Shown: in pieces, positions 20,450 through 31,416 of the stretch
Position numbering within the stretch: the stretch's first letter is position 1
Layout: every line of letters begins with the position of its first letter
NCBI GenBank assembly: GCA_965237525.1
Contig: CBDEFO010000007.1
Coordinates: forward strand, 224,001-288,000
Reading direction: 5' to 3'
Length of the DNA: 64,000 nucleotides
From: Candidatus Latescibacterota bacterium
GTDB taxonomy: Bacteria > Latescibacterota > CBDEFO01
Notes under the pieces: generated by a model
Database searches by the model: none
The model's input: only the letters and a program-made list of their open reading frames with translations
What the model was told of the DNA's origin: nothing
Made by a program: the position numbers and the translations under genes

Positions 20450-21968
20450 AAGCCTTGTGAAATAGTTATGTCCCAGGCAGCGTGTGAAGCGCCGATTATG
20501 GGTCAAAGAGTAGCATATCGTATCGTTTTGCTGTGGAATAAGCAAAATAGTCTTATCAGAGTTCTGGTCAGCAAGGAATAGGAGCTGTTTGAAGAACAGG
20601 ATGCACTGTCTTTGACAGACAGGGCACACATAGACGCTTTCCCCCTTCTTATGAAAGATACAAGCCTCTTGAGATTCTGTACTGTTGCAACAAGATTCAA
20701 CTGTTCATTCAGTGAGGCTGGTCCTCTATAACGGGCTCGTCCCATACCGTGTTGTTGCCTGGCTTCAGCAAAGATATGTTCACTGCGTTTACGGAGTCTC
20801 CGGGAGAGTTTGTAGTCAGCTGTTAATGAGATAGACCGCGCATGATTTCTGGCTTTCGCCTCTCGCACTTTTCTATCCCGTTCGGCCTGAATATGTGCTG
20901 GATTTGTCTTGTTTTTCCATGTAGGAATCGGTTCAATCTTCTCATCGGCTCGCAGAGGAATATGGGGTATGATTCCCCGGTCAAGCACATCAGCGATAAA
21001 ATTACCAGAACCGTAACCGGTATCGGCACTAAGTGTCTGAATGTCTTTGGGCATGGTGTATGTTTCAAGGTCATCTACCATCTTAAGGGCACTTTCGGGC
21101 TCTGCTGTCCCTGTCGCCTGCGTGCCCTGAGTCTCAAGGATTACTCTGCTTTTTGTGTCGATCAGATCATGGCCCATAAACGAGAGAAAAGCCCCTTTGC
21201 CCTTCGATTTGCTGTATAAGCGCGCGTCGGGGTCTGTAGTCGAACGGTGTGTTTGGTTCGTCCACTTTTCACCATGAAAGTCTTTATCCTGAGGATGCCC
21301 GGACCTACCCTTTGTCTTATCACCTTCAAAACCGATTCCCTTGAGATAATCATCAAGAGAAACAGGGGGTTCTATCGGCTCAATACTTTTCACTGAAGCA
21401 TCAGCTTGTATCTGAGTGCCGTCGACACTAAGGTGTTTACCGCTCACAAGACCGACATCTATGCAACACTGGACTACCTGACGCATTATCCGTTCAAACA
21501 ACCCACTGGATGCCCACTTGTGATTGCGAAGCTTGTTGATCGTGCTCCTATCCGGAACCGCATCATCAAATGTCTGATGACAAAACAACCGATATGCCGC
21601 ATGCATCCCCACTTCCTGACAGAGCCGATTCTCACTCAAATTATACAGATAGCCAATAAGGATCATTCGAACAACTAATTCAGGATCAATACCGGGTCTG
21701 CCATTGTCAGGGCAATAACAATCTGATACAACGTCTCGTACAAATGAAAAATCAACTGCCTCATCAATCTGACGAAGGATATGATCCTCGGGAACTAAAT
21801 CCTCCATCTGAAAATAGTGAAACATCGGATTTGTCTGTTCCTGCTTTTGTGGGGTCATTGTTTCCTCCATGTATAATATTATCAATAACATAATATAATA
21901 CATCGGAGCTGCTTTATCAATGCTTGTTCTATACTACTTTCTGAATCTAAGGGTTTTTCACAAGGCTT
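20450..21968 (-). mobile_element. IS1182-family insertion sequence, copy 2
   Basis: Same IRs as copy 1; target duplication TTAA (20446-20449, 21969-21972). Confidence 0.9.
20503..21858 (-). CDS. IS1182-family DDE transposase
   Basis: Translation matches copy 1. Confidence 0.9.
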   Translation of the reverse strand: MTPQKQEQTNPMFHYFQMEDLVPEDHILRQIDEAVDFSFVRDVVSDCYCPDNGRPGIDPELVVRMILIGYLYNLSENRLCQEVGMHAAYRLFCHQTFDDAVPDRSTINKLRNHKWASSGLFERIMRQVVQCCIDVGLVSGKHLSVDGTQIQADASVKSIEPIEPPVSLDDYLKGIGFEGDKTKGRSGHPQDKDFHGEKWTNQTHRSTTDPDARLYSKSKGKGAFLSFMGHDLIDTKSRVILETQGTQATGTAEPESALKMVDDLETYTMPKDIQTLSADTGYGSGNFIADVLDRGIIPHIPLRADEKIEPIPTWKNKTNPAHIQAERDRKVREAKARNHARSISLTADYKLSRRLRKRSEHIFAEARQQHGMGRARYRGPASLNEQLNLVATVQNLKRLVSFIRRGKASMCALSVKDSASCSSNSSYSLLTRTLIRLFCLFHSKTIRYATL

Positions 21969-22616
21969 TTAAAGTAATAATACTTATGCTAGCTGTCTTC
22001 TGTCTGACAGTGTCTCCTTGGATATTCCGAAATGCTTTAGTCCATAAAGCTTTCGTACTTTCCACATCTGGTGGATTAAACTTCTGGCTTGCCAATAACT
22101 TGAGTGTGCCGGAAAGATACAAGACAGGGGACTGGTTAGCAGGTACGATGCAGTTTGAGCCTGAAATAAATAGTCTATCAGAGATAGAAAAGAGTGGGTA
22201 TTTCTTGAAAAAAGGCCTCGACTTCGCGAAGCAATACCCAATTAAGTTCGTAAAATACAAGCTATATACTCTTGTGGAGATGCTGCACCTGTGGCCGATG
22301 GATCGTGGAGGGGAAACAGATATAGGAGTTACAGGTTTCAAAGCGGGCTATTGGGTGAAAAGGGCATACAGTGTGTACTGCCTTGGCCTATTAGGGTGTG
22401 CGCTAATTTCGACTGTACTCTCTTGCAACGACATAAATGTCTTTCACAGGATAGTCTTGCTTGCTCTATTATTCTTCGCTTATACGGTTTTACACATGTT
22501 TTTCATCCCTGCTGGGGGTATCAGATATCGTGTTCCTCTGGACGTTCTCGTCATCGTTATTGCCAGTTTCGCAATATATCATATTTACGCTCGGATGAAG
22601 ATTATCATAACGTAGG

Positions 22617-23918
22617 GGTTATTTATCAAATGAAATCGGTGCACTTCTCTTTCGATCTTTGATTGATCTTGAATGATAGGTTTTCGACAATCTTTGGTTT
22701 CTGTTCTTTTTCAAAATGGATGTATAATTGTTCTTCTTTTAGGTTCCATTCAGCCAGGACAAAGTAGTTGGTGTAAGAGGAGGGAAGAGATACTTTCTCA
22801 TTTAGGACATCGATAAAGGCTTTATCTGTCTGTTCTGTGTCCTGTTTGACTTGTCTGATAAAATAGGTCTTGGGAATGAAATCTTTCTCGTTTGACTTCT
22901 CTTGCTTAGGTGGACGGTAGCCGGTGTATCTCTGTGATGAAAGATTAAACCATTCTAACTTCTGATCAACTTCTTGTAAGCTTTTGAACTGAATTCTGTT
23001 CCAGAACTTCCTTGAAAATACAGAATTGTTGCCTTCTATAGATGCTTGAGAAAAGGGCCTTCTGGGAACGGCAAATATCGGAATCACTTGATTTTTCAAG
23101 AGAAACTGCATTGCTTTGCTGACATTCCTTTTACCTGAAACACTGCCAATAGTCGCCGAGCAATTGTCCACCTTAACGAAATCTGGTTTTTCAAACCTGT
23201 CAAAGAAAGACTGACACTTCTCGATAAAGTTAGTTGCTGTTTGACCGTCAACCCGCCGAAAATACCTTAACTTAGGCTCTTTCTTAAAGGAAAATCCAAC
23301 GAAGTTGACCGGCTCAGTTCTGCCGGTAAGATACTTTTTACCAATAAAGTCTGATTCTAGGACTCTGCCTCCTAAAAGATAGTAAATGGTATACTCTGGA
23401 TAACAAAGATAACGAGATGCACCCTTGTTTTTACCTTTCTTCCTTCTCTGGGAAAGTCCTAAATCTGAAAGCATTCTGCCGATAGTCGGCAACGACGGAG
23501 GAGGGGTGCTAGAATATCGATTCCTCCATTCTTGTTCAATAACAGTGGCTCCTGAATAGAACTGATAAGGATCGTCCTCTAAGCTATGGTAAATCTCTTT
23601 GATTCTCTGTTCGTCAACTTTAGCCAATTTTCGCCTTTTTCCTTTTGGCCAACCCCGATTATCCATGGCAAAATCCTGATCCGGAGATTTAGTCCAAGCT
23701 GTAACGAAATCATTGGAAACTCTCGCTTGTTTGATAACTTCTCGCTTTGACATTTCTTTCTTAAAATACATCTCGTTGACTTCTTGTCTTAATACGGCCA
23801 ATCTCTCTTTGTCCATAGGACTCCGTAGATTAAAGTTAAGACAATCAACTCAACTTAATCTACTAATACTCTAAACAAAGATCAAATTAGGTGCACCGAT
23901 TTCATTTGATATTCAACC
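22617..23918 (-). mobile_element. Unclassified insertion sequence (about 1.3 kb)
   Basis: 28-bp IRs GGTT(ATT/GAA)TATCAAATGAAATCGGTGCAC at both ends; flanking direct repeat CGTAGG (or GTAG if the ends are GGGTT/AACCC). Confidence 0.8.
22626..23816 (-). CDS. Putative DDE transposase with N-terminal HTH and integrase-like core
   Basis: Candidate triad ESDF..VKVDN..SQASIEGNN; PSLPTIGRML HTH-like segment; fills the IR-bounded element. Confidence 0.75.
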   Translation of the reverse strand: MDKERLAVLRQEVNEMYFKKEMSKREVIKQARVSNDFVTAWTKSPDQDFAMDNRGWPKGKRRKLAKVDEQRIKEIYHSLEDDPYQFYSGATVIEQEWRNRYSSTPPPSLPTIGRMLSDLGLSQRRKKGKNKGASRYLCYPEYTIYYLLGGRVLESDFIGKKYLTGRTEPVNFVGFSFKKEPKLRYFRRVDGQTATNFIEKCQSFFDRFEKPDFVKVDNCSATIGSVSGKRNVSKAMQFLLKNQVIPIFAVPRRPFSQASIEGNNSVFSRKFWNRIQFKSLQEVDQKLEWFNLSSQRYTGYRPPKQEKSNEKDFIPKTYFIRQVKQDTEQTDKAFIDVLNEKVSLPSSYTNYFVLAEWNLKEEQLYIHFEKEQKPKIVENLSFKINQRSKEKCTDFI

Positions 23919-23989
23919 CGTAGGGACTAGTGCAGGATAAATCTCTAATAATTGCAAAAAAGTAGTAGTTGATGCCTTAGCGAAGAAAT

Positions 23990-24664
23990 ATGAGAACGAT
24001 CGTGGTCATTCCAGCCTACAAGGAAGCAAGAAGAGTATATCAAGTGGTGCACTCCGTGGTTTCTCTTGGTTATGACGTAGTTGTTGTTGACGATGGCTCA
24101 ATAGACAATACTGCTGAAGAAGCATTCCGCGGAGGTGCTAAAGTTTTGCGACATCTTGTTAATCGTGGCTATGGAGCAGCTCTTACCACCGGTAATCAGT
24201 GGGCTTTGTGTCAAGTTTGTGATGTCATTGTCCACTTTGATGCAGACGGCCAACATGATGCAAACGATACTAAGAGAATGATTCTACCTATTATTAATAG
24301 ACAGGCCGACGTTGTTCTTGGCTCTAGGTTTCTAAAAAATAACGAGGGTATTCCTTTGATACGGAGGATATTAATAAAGCTCGCTATTTTATTTACTTGG
24401 GTATTTTCTGGGGTTAGGTTGACAGATGCTCACAATGGGTTTCGGGCTTTTTCCTCTCGAGCATTGCGCGATATTGATTGCTGGCGGGATGACATGTCTT
24501 ACGCATCAGAAGTTATTGATCAAATTGCCAAATTGGGATTACGTTATCGAGAGGTGGCAGTGACGATTAGATATTCTGAATACTCTCGACGCAAGGGGAT
24601 GCGTAATTTTAGAAAGATAATACTTGGATTAAAATTCCTATGGGGAAAGATGTCAAGAGAATAG
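23990..24664 (+). CDS. GT2 DPM1-like polyprenol-phosphate glycosyltransferase
   Basis: VIPAYKE, VVDDGS, NRGYGAAL, FDADGQHD, TDAHNGFRA. Confidence 0.9.
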   Translation: MRTIVVIPAYKEARRVYQVVHSVVSLGYDVVVVDDGSIDNTAEEAFRGGAKVLRHLVNRGYGAALTTGNQWALCQVCDVIVHFDADGQHDANDTKRMILPIINRQADVVLGSRFLKNNEGIPLIRRILIKLAILFTWVFSGVRLTDAHNGFRAFSSRALRDIDCWRDDMSYASEVIDQIAKLGLRYREVAVTIRYSEYSRRKGMRNFRKIILGLKFLWGKMSRE

Positions 24665-24798
24665 ATAATGAAGTATATTTGCGGATTTGGAAAGATTTAC
24701 GTTTTTATCTGTTAACTCATATCAGTGGCAAGACATATGTATAGGGATCTGCGTGCCTTGATGCACTTGACACATAGAATGTAGATTAGCGCAATAAC

Positions 24799-25815
24799 AT
24801 GAAAAGGAGTGCGAAAATGGAAAAAAGCCGTGTGATCATAAGGCCTGTCAAAGATAGAAAGCTGGACGATGTGGTCGAGGAAATTTTGGAGTTTTGCAAC
24901 TGGAGGGATATTGTCTCAAAGGACTCTAAAGTAGTGGTGAAACCGAATCTGTGTGCGGCCGACAAGAAAGTAATGCCTGCCGCGAACGTCTCTCCTGAGC
25001 TGGTGGCTTCTGTCTGTAGAATTATAAGTACTAAGAGTAAAAATGTATTCATCGGGGAATCGGACGGAATGCGGCACAAGGCTGAGGAGGCTCTGGAAAA
25101 TTCTGGAATGTATAAGATAGCTGATGAATTGGGTATAAAGACTATAAACTTTTCCAAAGATGAGTTAGTTCCGGTCGACGTTGGAATTCTGGAAGGCTGG
25201 AGGATGTCCAAGACTCTCCTTGAGGCGGATGTGGTGGTGACTTTGCCCACTTTGAAGACCCACGCAAGTTTCGTGTTCACAGGGGCTATGAAGAATCAGT
25301 GGGGCTGTATACCAAGATACGACCGCTGTCTGCTGCACCACCATTTCGACAGGGTAGTCAACGATATAAACCGGTTGCTCAACCCGCAAATAGCGGTGAT
25401 GGACGGGATTATGGCTATGGAAGGCAGGGGGCCTGCCATGGGGAATCCGGTGAGGATGGATCTGCTTTTGGCATCCAACGATGTTGTAGCCATAGATGCT
25501 GCAGCTATGAGGCTGATAGGTCTGGATCCGTACAGCGCCAGTTATATCGCTCTGGCCGAAGAGGAAGGTCTCGGTCGAGTTGCTCAAGATAGGATATCCA
25601 TAGATGGTGACTTTGAGCGTTTCAAGACTGTATTTAAACCTGGGGAGTACGATTGGGCCTTGAAGACCATGTCGCTCGTAAACAGGTCTTATTTTCTCAC
25701 ACACTATCTCGTTATGGTTGACACGATCTTTTATCCTATAAGGAAAGTAGTAATTATGATGCGCAAGATAGTAGCGGTGGTCAAGAACCTTCGGATGTTG
25801 AGACCGTCTTGGTGA
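24799..25815 (+). CDS. DUF362-family protein
   Basis: VVVKPNL, IGESDG, LPTLKTH..TGAMKNQWG, DGIMAMEGRGP. Confidence 0.8.
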   Translation: MKRSAKMEKSRVIIRPVKDRKLDDVVEEILEFCNWRDIVSKDSKVVVKPNLCAADKKVMPAANVSPELVASVCRIISTKSKNVFIGESDGMRHKAEEALENSGMYKIADELGIKTINFSKDELVPVDVGILEGWRMSKTLLEADVVVTLPTLKTHASFVFTGAMKNQWGCIPRYDRCLLHHHFDRVVNDINRLLNPQIAVMDGIMAMEGRGPAMGNPVRMDLLLASNDVVAIDAAAMRLIGLDPYSASYIALAEEEGLGRVAQDRISIDGDFERFKTVFKPGEYDWALKTMSLVNRSYFLTHYLVMVDTIFYPIRKVVIMMRKIVAVVKNLRMLRPSW

Positions 25816-25848
25816 AGCAGGATATAGATGGCAATGTAGGAGACTGTC

Positions 25849-27003
25849 TTGAAGAAGATACAAATAGCTCAGATTGTCCACAGCCTTACTCTCGGCAGGG
25901 GAATACAACACGTGGTGTATTCCGTAGTCAAAAAGCTGGACAGAAAGAAATATGAGGTTATAGTCTGCTGTTTAGCTGGACGAGGAGAATTAGCCGATGA
26001 GTTAGAAAAGATAGGAATAGAAGTAATTGTGTTGAGCGGAAAGAGTTCTCTCAGTCCCCTTAACGCTCCAAAAAATCTTATGGCGATTTGGCAACTAACT
26101 AAAATGCTGAGAGAGAGAAGAATACAGGTAGTAGAGACTCACGATTTCTATGCGGGAGCTTTGGGAAGAATCGCAGCCCTCTTAGCAAAAGTTCCTGTTA
26201 TTCTCTGGATGATTCACAGCAGGGACAGTTGGAAGGGGAGTGGACACATTGTAGTAGATAGGGTTCTGTCCAGATATACTGACAGGATTATTACTAACTC
26301 CCAGATGGTCAAGAAATTTACGTCCAGTTTTGAAAATCTAAAAGCCTGTAGATTTACTGTCATCCATAATGGAGTGGATTTGAGCCTGTTCGGCAATGGG
26401 ATTGATCTCTCTGCCAAAAGAAAGGACTTAGGGGTGGACAGAGCTTCTCCCGTGATCTGTTCGGTAGGGCGTCTCATACCAGAGAAGGGATATACCTATC
26501 TGGTCGAGGCTATGCCGCAGGTCGTGAATCATTTTCCGGAGGCGAAACTCCTCATTATCGGCGACGACAGCGAGTTTGAAGAGTCCTCAAAAAGGGTGTT
26601 GAAAGATCTCATTCTGCAGTTGAACCTCTCTGACAGCGTGAGTCTTTTAGGGTGGAGGAACGACGTTCCTCAAATACTTAGCATATCAGATATTTTTGTC
26701 CTCCCATCCCTGAGAGAAGGATTCGGATTAGCGATAGCTGAGGCTATGGCAGCCGAAAAACCTGTTGTAGTCAGCGACATAGATGCGATACCAGAGATAG
26801 TAGAAGACGGGAAGGCAGGCATTTTGGTCCCGATTAAAGACTCAGATGCCCTTGCCGGGGCTATTTTATATCTGCTGCGTAATCCTCACAAGGCAACGCA
26901 AATGGGAAATTGGGGAAGAGAAAGAGTAGAGCAATATTTCTCTGATGAAGTTATGGTCAGAAAGAGGATGAGGCTCTACGATTCTTTCATTGATGAGAGA
27001 TAA
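25849..27003 (+). CDS. GT4 glycosyltransferase
   Basis: VIHNGVD, VGRLIPEKG, FVLPSLREGFGLAIAEAMAAEKPVV. Confidence 0.9.
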   Translation: MKKIQIAQIVHSLTLGRGIQHVVYSVVKKLDRKKYEVIVCCLAGRGELADELEKIGIEVIVLSGKSSLSPLNAPKNLMAIWQLTKMLRERRIQVVETHDFYAGALGRIAALLAKVPVILWMIHSRDSWKGSGHIVVDRVLSRYTDRIITNSQMVKKFTSSFENLKACRFTVIHNGVDLSLFGNGIDLSAKRKDLGVDRASPVICSVGRLIPEKGYTYLVEAMPQVVNHFPEAKLLIIGDDSEFEESSKRVLKDLILQLNLSDSVSLLGWRNDVPQILSISDIFVLPSLREGFGLAIAEAMAAEKPVVVSDIDAIPEIVEDGKAGILVPIKDSDALAGAILYLLRNPHKATQMGNWGRERVEQYFSDEVMVRKRMRLYDSFIDER

Positions 27004-27012
27004 TTCGGCAAC

Positions 27013-28170
27013 TTGAAATTGCTCAAGAATATAGCGACAAAATTGGGTCTAATTATATTAGGGATTGTGATTGGACTCACCTTAGCTGAATTCGCCGTGC
27101 AGATTATGTATCCGTATGATCGAGGCGAACATATTTTCCAGCGCCATGAGTTAGTGGGTTGGATACATCGTCCGGGGGCTACTGTGACTTTCCACGGGAT
27201 GTTTCCTTTGGCCAGAGAGCTTGAGGTTACCTCAAAGATCAATTCTCACGGCTTGAACGACAGGGAATACCCTTATGAAAAGCCCGAAGGGACATTTCGC
27301 ATCGTTATTTTAGGGGATTCGTTCGCGGCAGGTCTGACCGCGCCTTTGGATGATTCCTTTCAGGAGGTCCTGGAGAATCTTCTGAATAAGAACAGGGAAC
27401 GCCCCAGATTCGAGGTGATTAACTGTGGTGTGGGAGGCTATGCCACGAATCACGAGCTGAGATTTTTCCTTCAGGAAGCATACAAATATGAGCCGGACGT
27501 TGTTCTGCTTACTGTGCTCACAGGAAACGATATTTTGGAGAATAGCAGGTCTTGGGATCCTCCATCGTACACTGAGGTCGAGAATGTGTCAAAAGAAAGG
27601 AATTATTTATCTCTTCTCTATGAGAATTTTAAGCTTCCGCACGTAGCCAGGGACGCTGTGAGAGTCTTTGGACCGGGCTGGCTTTTAGATCTTTTCTACA
27701 AGGGAGGAGGGCTTCTGGCAGGACAGTCTAGAACTCACAAGGGTATTCCGCTTATGTACTGGGTCTATTCGTCTCCGTACTCTCCTGAATGGGAGGAAAG
27801 AGTGTCTCTTACCGTGGAATTGATATTGGTCTTGAAGACGGAGGTGGAAAAACGGAATGCGAAGCTGGGGGTAGTGATTTTGACAAACAAAGAACAGGTT
27901 CATCCTGAGTGGTGGGTGGAGGCTTTAGATACATTTCCTCAGATGAGGGATATGGGATGGGATCTGGGAAAGCCAGATCGGATCTTGGCGGATTTTATGG
28001 ATAAGCAGGGAATCAGTTGTCTGAAGCTTCTGCCGCATTTTAGGGAGTACGCTGCACAGACAGGGAAGAAGTTGCACTATCACTTTGATGGGCACTGGAG
28101 CGTTGAGGGCCATCGTCTGGCAGGCAGACTTATCTATAATTGGATAGTGGAATCAGGTTACCTCCCATAG
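27013..28170 (+). CDS. Membrane-anchored SGNH/GDSL protein (AlgX/AlgJ-like O-acyltransferase or esterase)
   Basis: N-terminal TM helix; INSHGLND, LGDSF, INCGVGGY, GND, DGHWSVEGH. Confidence 0.8.
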   Translation: MKLLKNIATKLGLIILGIVIGLTLAEFAVQIMYPYDRGEHIFQRHELVGWIHRPGATVTFHGMFPLARELEVTSKINSHGLNDREYPYEKPEGTFRIVILGDSFAAGLTAPLDDSFQEVLENLLNKNRERPRFEVINCGVGGYATNHELRFFLQEAYKYEPDVVLLTVLTGNDILENSRSWDPPSYTEVENVSKERNYLSLLYENFKLPHVARDAVRVFGPGWLLDLFYKGGGLLAGQSRTHKGIPLMYWVYSSPYSPEWEERVSLTVELILVLKTEVEKRNAKLGVVILTNKEQVHPEWWVEALDTFPQMRDMGWDLGKPDRILADFMDKQGISCLKLLPHFREYAAQTGKKLHYHFDGHWSVEGHRLAGRLIYNWIVESGYLP

Positions 28171-28206
28171 GAAGTTTAAAGATAAGGGCGATTGCAGCTA
28201 TATTAG

Positions 28207-29726
28207 AAGCCTTGTGAAAAACCCTTAGATATCAGAAAATAGTATAAAACAAGCATTGATAAAGCAGCTCCGATGTATTATATTATGTTATTGATAATAT
28301 TATACATGGAGGAAACAATGACCCCACAAAAGCAGGAACAGACAAATCCGATGTTTCACTATTTTCAGATGGAGGATTTAGTTCCCGAGGATCATATCCT
28401 TCGCCAGATTGATGAGGCAGTTGATTTTTCATTTGTACGAGACGTTGTATCAGATTGTTATTGCCCTGACAATGGCAGACCCGGTATTGATCCTGAATTA
28501 GTTGTTCGAATGATCCTTATTGGCTATCTGTATAATTTGAGTGAGAATCGGCTCTGTCAGGAAGTGGGGATGCATGCGGCATATCGGTTGTTTTGTCATC
28601 AGACATTTGATGATGCGGTTCCGGATAGGAGCACGATCAACAAGCTTCGCAATCACAAGTGGGCATCCAGTGGGTTGTTTGAACGGATAATGCGTCAGGT
28701 AGTCCAGTGTTGCATAGATGTCGGTGTTGTGAGCGGTAAACACCTTAGTGTCGACGGCACTCAGATACAAGCTGATGCTTCAGTGAAAAGTATTGAGCCG
28801 ATAGAACCCCCTGTTTCTCTTGATGATTATCTCAAGGGAATCGGTTTTGAAGGTGATAAGACAAAGGGTAGGTCCGGGCATCCTCAGGATAAAGACTTTC
28901 ATGGTGAAAAGTGGACGAACCAAACACACCGTTCGACTACAGACCCCGACGCGCGCTTATACAGCAAATCGAAGGGCAAAGGGGCTTTTCTCTCGTTTAT
29001 GGGCCATGATCTGATCGACACAAAAAGCAGAGTAATCCTTGAGACTCAGGGCACGCAGGCGACAGGGACAGCAGAGCCCGAAAGTGCCCTTAAGATGGTA
29101 GATGACCTTGAAACATAGACCATGCCCAAAGACATTCAGACACTTAGTGCCGATACCGGTTACGGTTCTGGTAATTTTATCGCTGATGTACTTGACCGGG
29201 GAATCATACCCCATATTCCTCTGCGAGCCGATGAGAAGATTGAACCGATTCCTACATGGAAAAACAAGACAAATCCAGCACATATTCAGGCCGAACGGGA
29301 TAGAAAAGTGCGAGAGGCGAAAGCCAGAAATCATGCACGGTCTATCTCATTAACAGCTGACTACAAACTCTCCCGGAGACTCCGTAAACGCAGTGAACAT
29401 ATCTTTGCTGAAGCCAGGCAACAACACGGTATGGGACGAGCCCGTTACAGAGGACCAGCCTCACTGAATGAACAGTTGAATCTTGTTGCAACAGTACAGA
29501 ATCTCAAGAGGCTTGTATCTTTCATAAGAAGGGGGAAAGCGTCTATGTGTGCCCTGTCTGTCAAAGACAGTGCATCCTGTTCTTCAAACAGCTCCTATTC
29601 CTTGCTGACCAGAACTCTGATAAGACTATTTTGCTTATTCCACAGCAAAACGATACGATATGCTACTCTTTGACCCATAATCGGCGCTTCAGACGCTGCC
29701 TGGGACATAACTATTTCACAAGGCTT
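28207..29726 (+). mobile_element. IS1182-family insertion sequence, copy 3 (1520 bp, opposite orientation)
   Basis: Same IRs; target duplication TTAG (28203-28206, 29727-29730). Confidence 0.9.
28318..29673 (+). pseudogene. IS1182 transposase with a nonsense mutation
   Basis: TAG at 29116-29118 where the other copies have TAC (Tyr). Confidence 0.9.
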
Positions 29727-29775
29727 TTAGTCTGTTGCGAAATTAAGCGAGCTTTTCAATGGAGACCTACTTTAG

Positions 29776-30765
29776 ATGATAATAACCAGGGCGCCCTTTC
29801 GCATTCCGTTGGGAGGGGGAGGCACAGATCTTCCCTCGTATTACTCCCAATATGGCGGATTTGTCCTGAGCGGGGCTATAGACAAGTACGTGTTTATCAA
29901 CCTGAATAGACTTAAAATAGAGGACTTTATCAGGGTGAAGTACTCCAAGACGGAGTTGGTAAATTCCGCCAGCCAAATAGAGCATCCCCTTCTGAGGGAA
30001 GCTCTAAAATTCACAGGGATAGACGGCGGCTTGGAGATAGCGTCTATGGCTGACATCCCTGCCGGTACGGGAATGGGATCGTCAGGGAGTTTTCTGGTCT
30101 CTATTTTGACCGGTCTTCACGCCTTCAAAAGGGATCATATCTCGATTCAGGATCTGGCCGAGGAGGCGTGCACGATAGAAATAGATATTGTGGGACAGCC
30201 TGCAGGTAAGCAGGATCAATATGTAGCTGCATTTGGAGGCATAGTCTGTATGGACATCCAGACAGATGGAAATGTCGACGTGGAGCAGCTCAGAATCTCT
30301 TCTCACGATTTAGATGAATTGAAAAATGGCACCCTGTTATTCTACACGGAAATACTGAGAGAGAGCTTCGATATATTAGGAGAACAAAAGAAAGATACTG
30401 ACAAAGGCGACAAAAATGTAGTTGACAGCCTGCACGTTACAAAGGAGATAGGACTGGAGATCAAAAGTGCTATCCAGTCCGGAGATTTCAACAGATTCGG
30501 AGAACTCTTGGATCTGCACTGGCAGAACAAGAAGAAGCGTTCGGGGAAAATCTCTGATCCCAGGGTAGACCGGTGGTATCAAATTGCCAAAGACAACGGT
30601 GCCTTGGGCGGCAAGCTTATGGGAGCAGGCGGAGGCGGATTCTTGATGTTCTACTGTCCCAACGACCGCAAGCGAGATGTGAGAAGGGCTATGGCAGGTG
30701 AGGGTTTGAGGGAGATGAACTTCAACTTCGACTTTGAAGGGGCCAAAGTGCTGGTTAATTTTTGA
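29776..30765 (+). CDS. hddA: GHMP kinase, D-glycero-alpha-D-manno-heptose-7-phosphate kinase-like
   Basis: RAPFRIPLGGGGTDLP, DIPAGTGMGSSGS, GKQDQY, GGKLMGAGGGGF. Confidence 0.85.
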   Translation: MIITRAPFRIPLGGGGTDLPSYYSQYGGFVLSGAIDKYVFINLNRLKIEDFIRVKYSKTELVNSASQIEHPLLREALKFTGIDGGLEIASMADIPAGTGMGSSGSFLVSILTGLHAFKRDHISIQDLAEEACTIEIDIVGQPAGKQDQYVAAFGGIVCMDIQTDGNVDVEQLRISSHDLDELKNGTLLFYTEILRESFDILGEQKKDTDKGDKNVVDSLHVTKEIGLEIKSAIQSGDFNRFGELLDLHWQNKKKRSGKISDPRVDRWYQIAKDNGALGGKLMGAGGGGFLMFYCPNDRKRDVRRAMAGEGLREMNFNFDFEGAKVLVNF

Positions 30766-30780
30766 AATGGGATCGAAAAG

Positions 30781-31416
30781 ATGTTCAACGCTGAATACAT
30801 AGATCAGTACTTTGCCGAAATGGAAAGGATAATAGGCTTCCTCGAAATGGAGGACATAGACCATGCGGTTGAGCTGTTGTTCCAGGCGTGGCAAGACGAT
30901 AAGACTGTCTTTATTATGGGTAATGGAGGCTCTGCCTCGACGGCTACTCATTTTGTATGTGATCTTGCCAAGGTGACGATTGTGGATGGCAAGAAACGAT
31001 TCAAGGTTGTGGGACTGACAGATAACATCCCACTGGTGAGCGCGTTGACGAACGACAGCGGCTTCGGGAGCATCTTCGCTGAGCAGCTGGAGCCCTGGCT
31101 TGGAGCAGGGGACGTGCTAATCGGTTTGTCTGTGCACGGTGGGTCGGGTGAGGGGGATGCGGGACCATGGTCCCAGAATCTGGTCAAGGCCATGGGATTA
31201 GCCAAAGAGCGCGATGCCAAGATCATAGGATTCAGCGGCTTCGGGGGGGGAGCTCTGAAAGAAATGGCGGATGTCTGCATCGTAGTGCCTATAGATACCG
31301 AGCCACTGGGAACACCGCTTGTGGAGTCGTTTCATGTTGCCCTGCATCACTTGGTCTGTACGGCTGTTGGAAGAAGGATAGAGAGGACAGATGAAAAGAG
31401 CCGTGTTTCTGGATAG
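30781..31416 (+). CDS. gmhA: SIS-domain phosphoheptose isomerase-like protein
   Basis: MGNGGSASTATHFVCDL, SALTND, GFSGFGGG, VESFH. Confidence 0.8.
   Translation: MFNAEYIDQYFAEMERIIGFLEMEDIDHAVELLFQAWQDDKTVFIMGNGGSASTATHFVCDLAKVTIVDGKKRFKVVGLTDNIPLVSALTNDSGFGSIFAEQLEPWLGAGDVLIGLSVHGGSGEGDAGPWSQNLVKAMGLAKERDAKIIGFSGFGGGALKEMADVCIVVPIDTEPLGTPLVESFHVALHHLVCTAVGRRIERTDEKSRVSG

Larger units (their letters stand above)
19797..22615 (+). pseudogene. GT-C (ArnT/PMT-like, GT39/83) membrane glycosyltransferase interrupted by IS1182 copy 2
   Basis: DDSVAYLRIAINL, PPLYPLFLA, LTEWLF, PWIFRN..STSGGLNFWLANN, RYRVP. Removing the IS and one TTAA restores PRIKVIILML in frame. Confidence 0.85.

Noticed and set aside
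21920..21968. Start of the 231-aa ORF (MLVLYYFLNLRVFHKAF)
   Set aside because: Derived from the IS end; the remainder is the C-terminal half of the interrupted GT-C gene.
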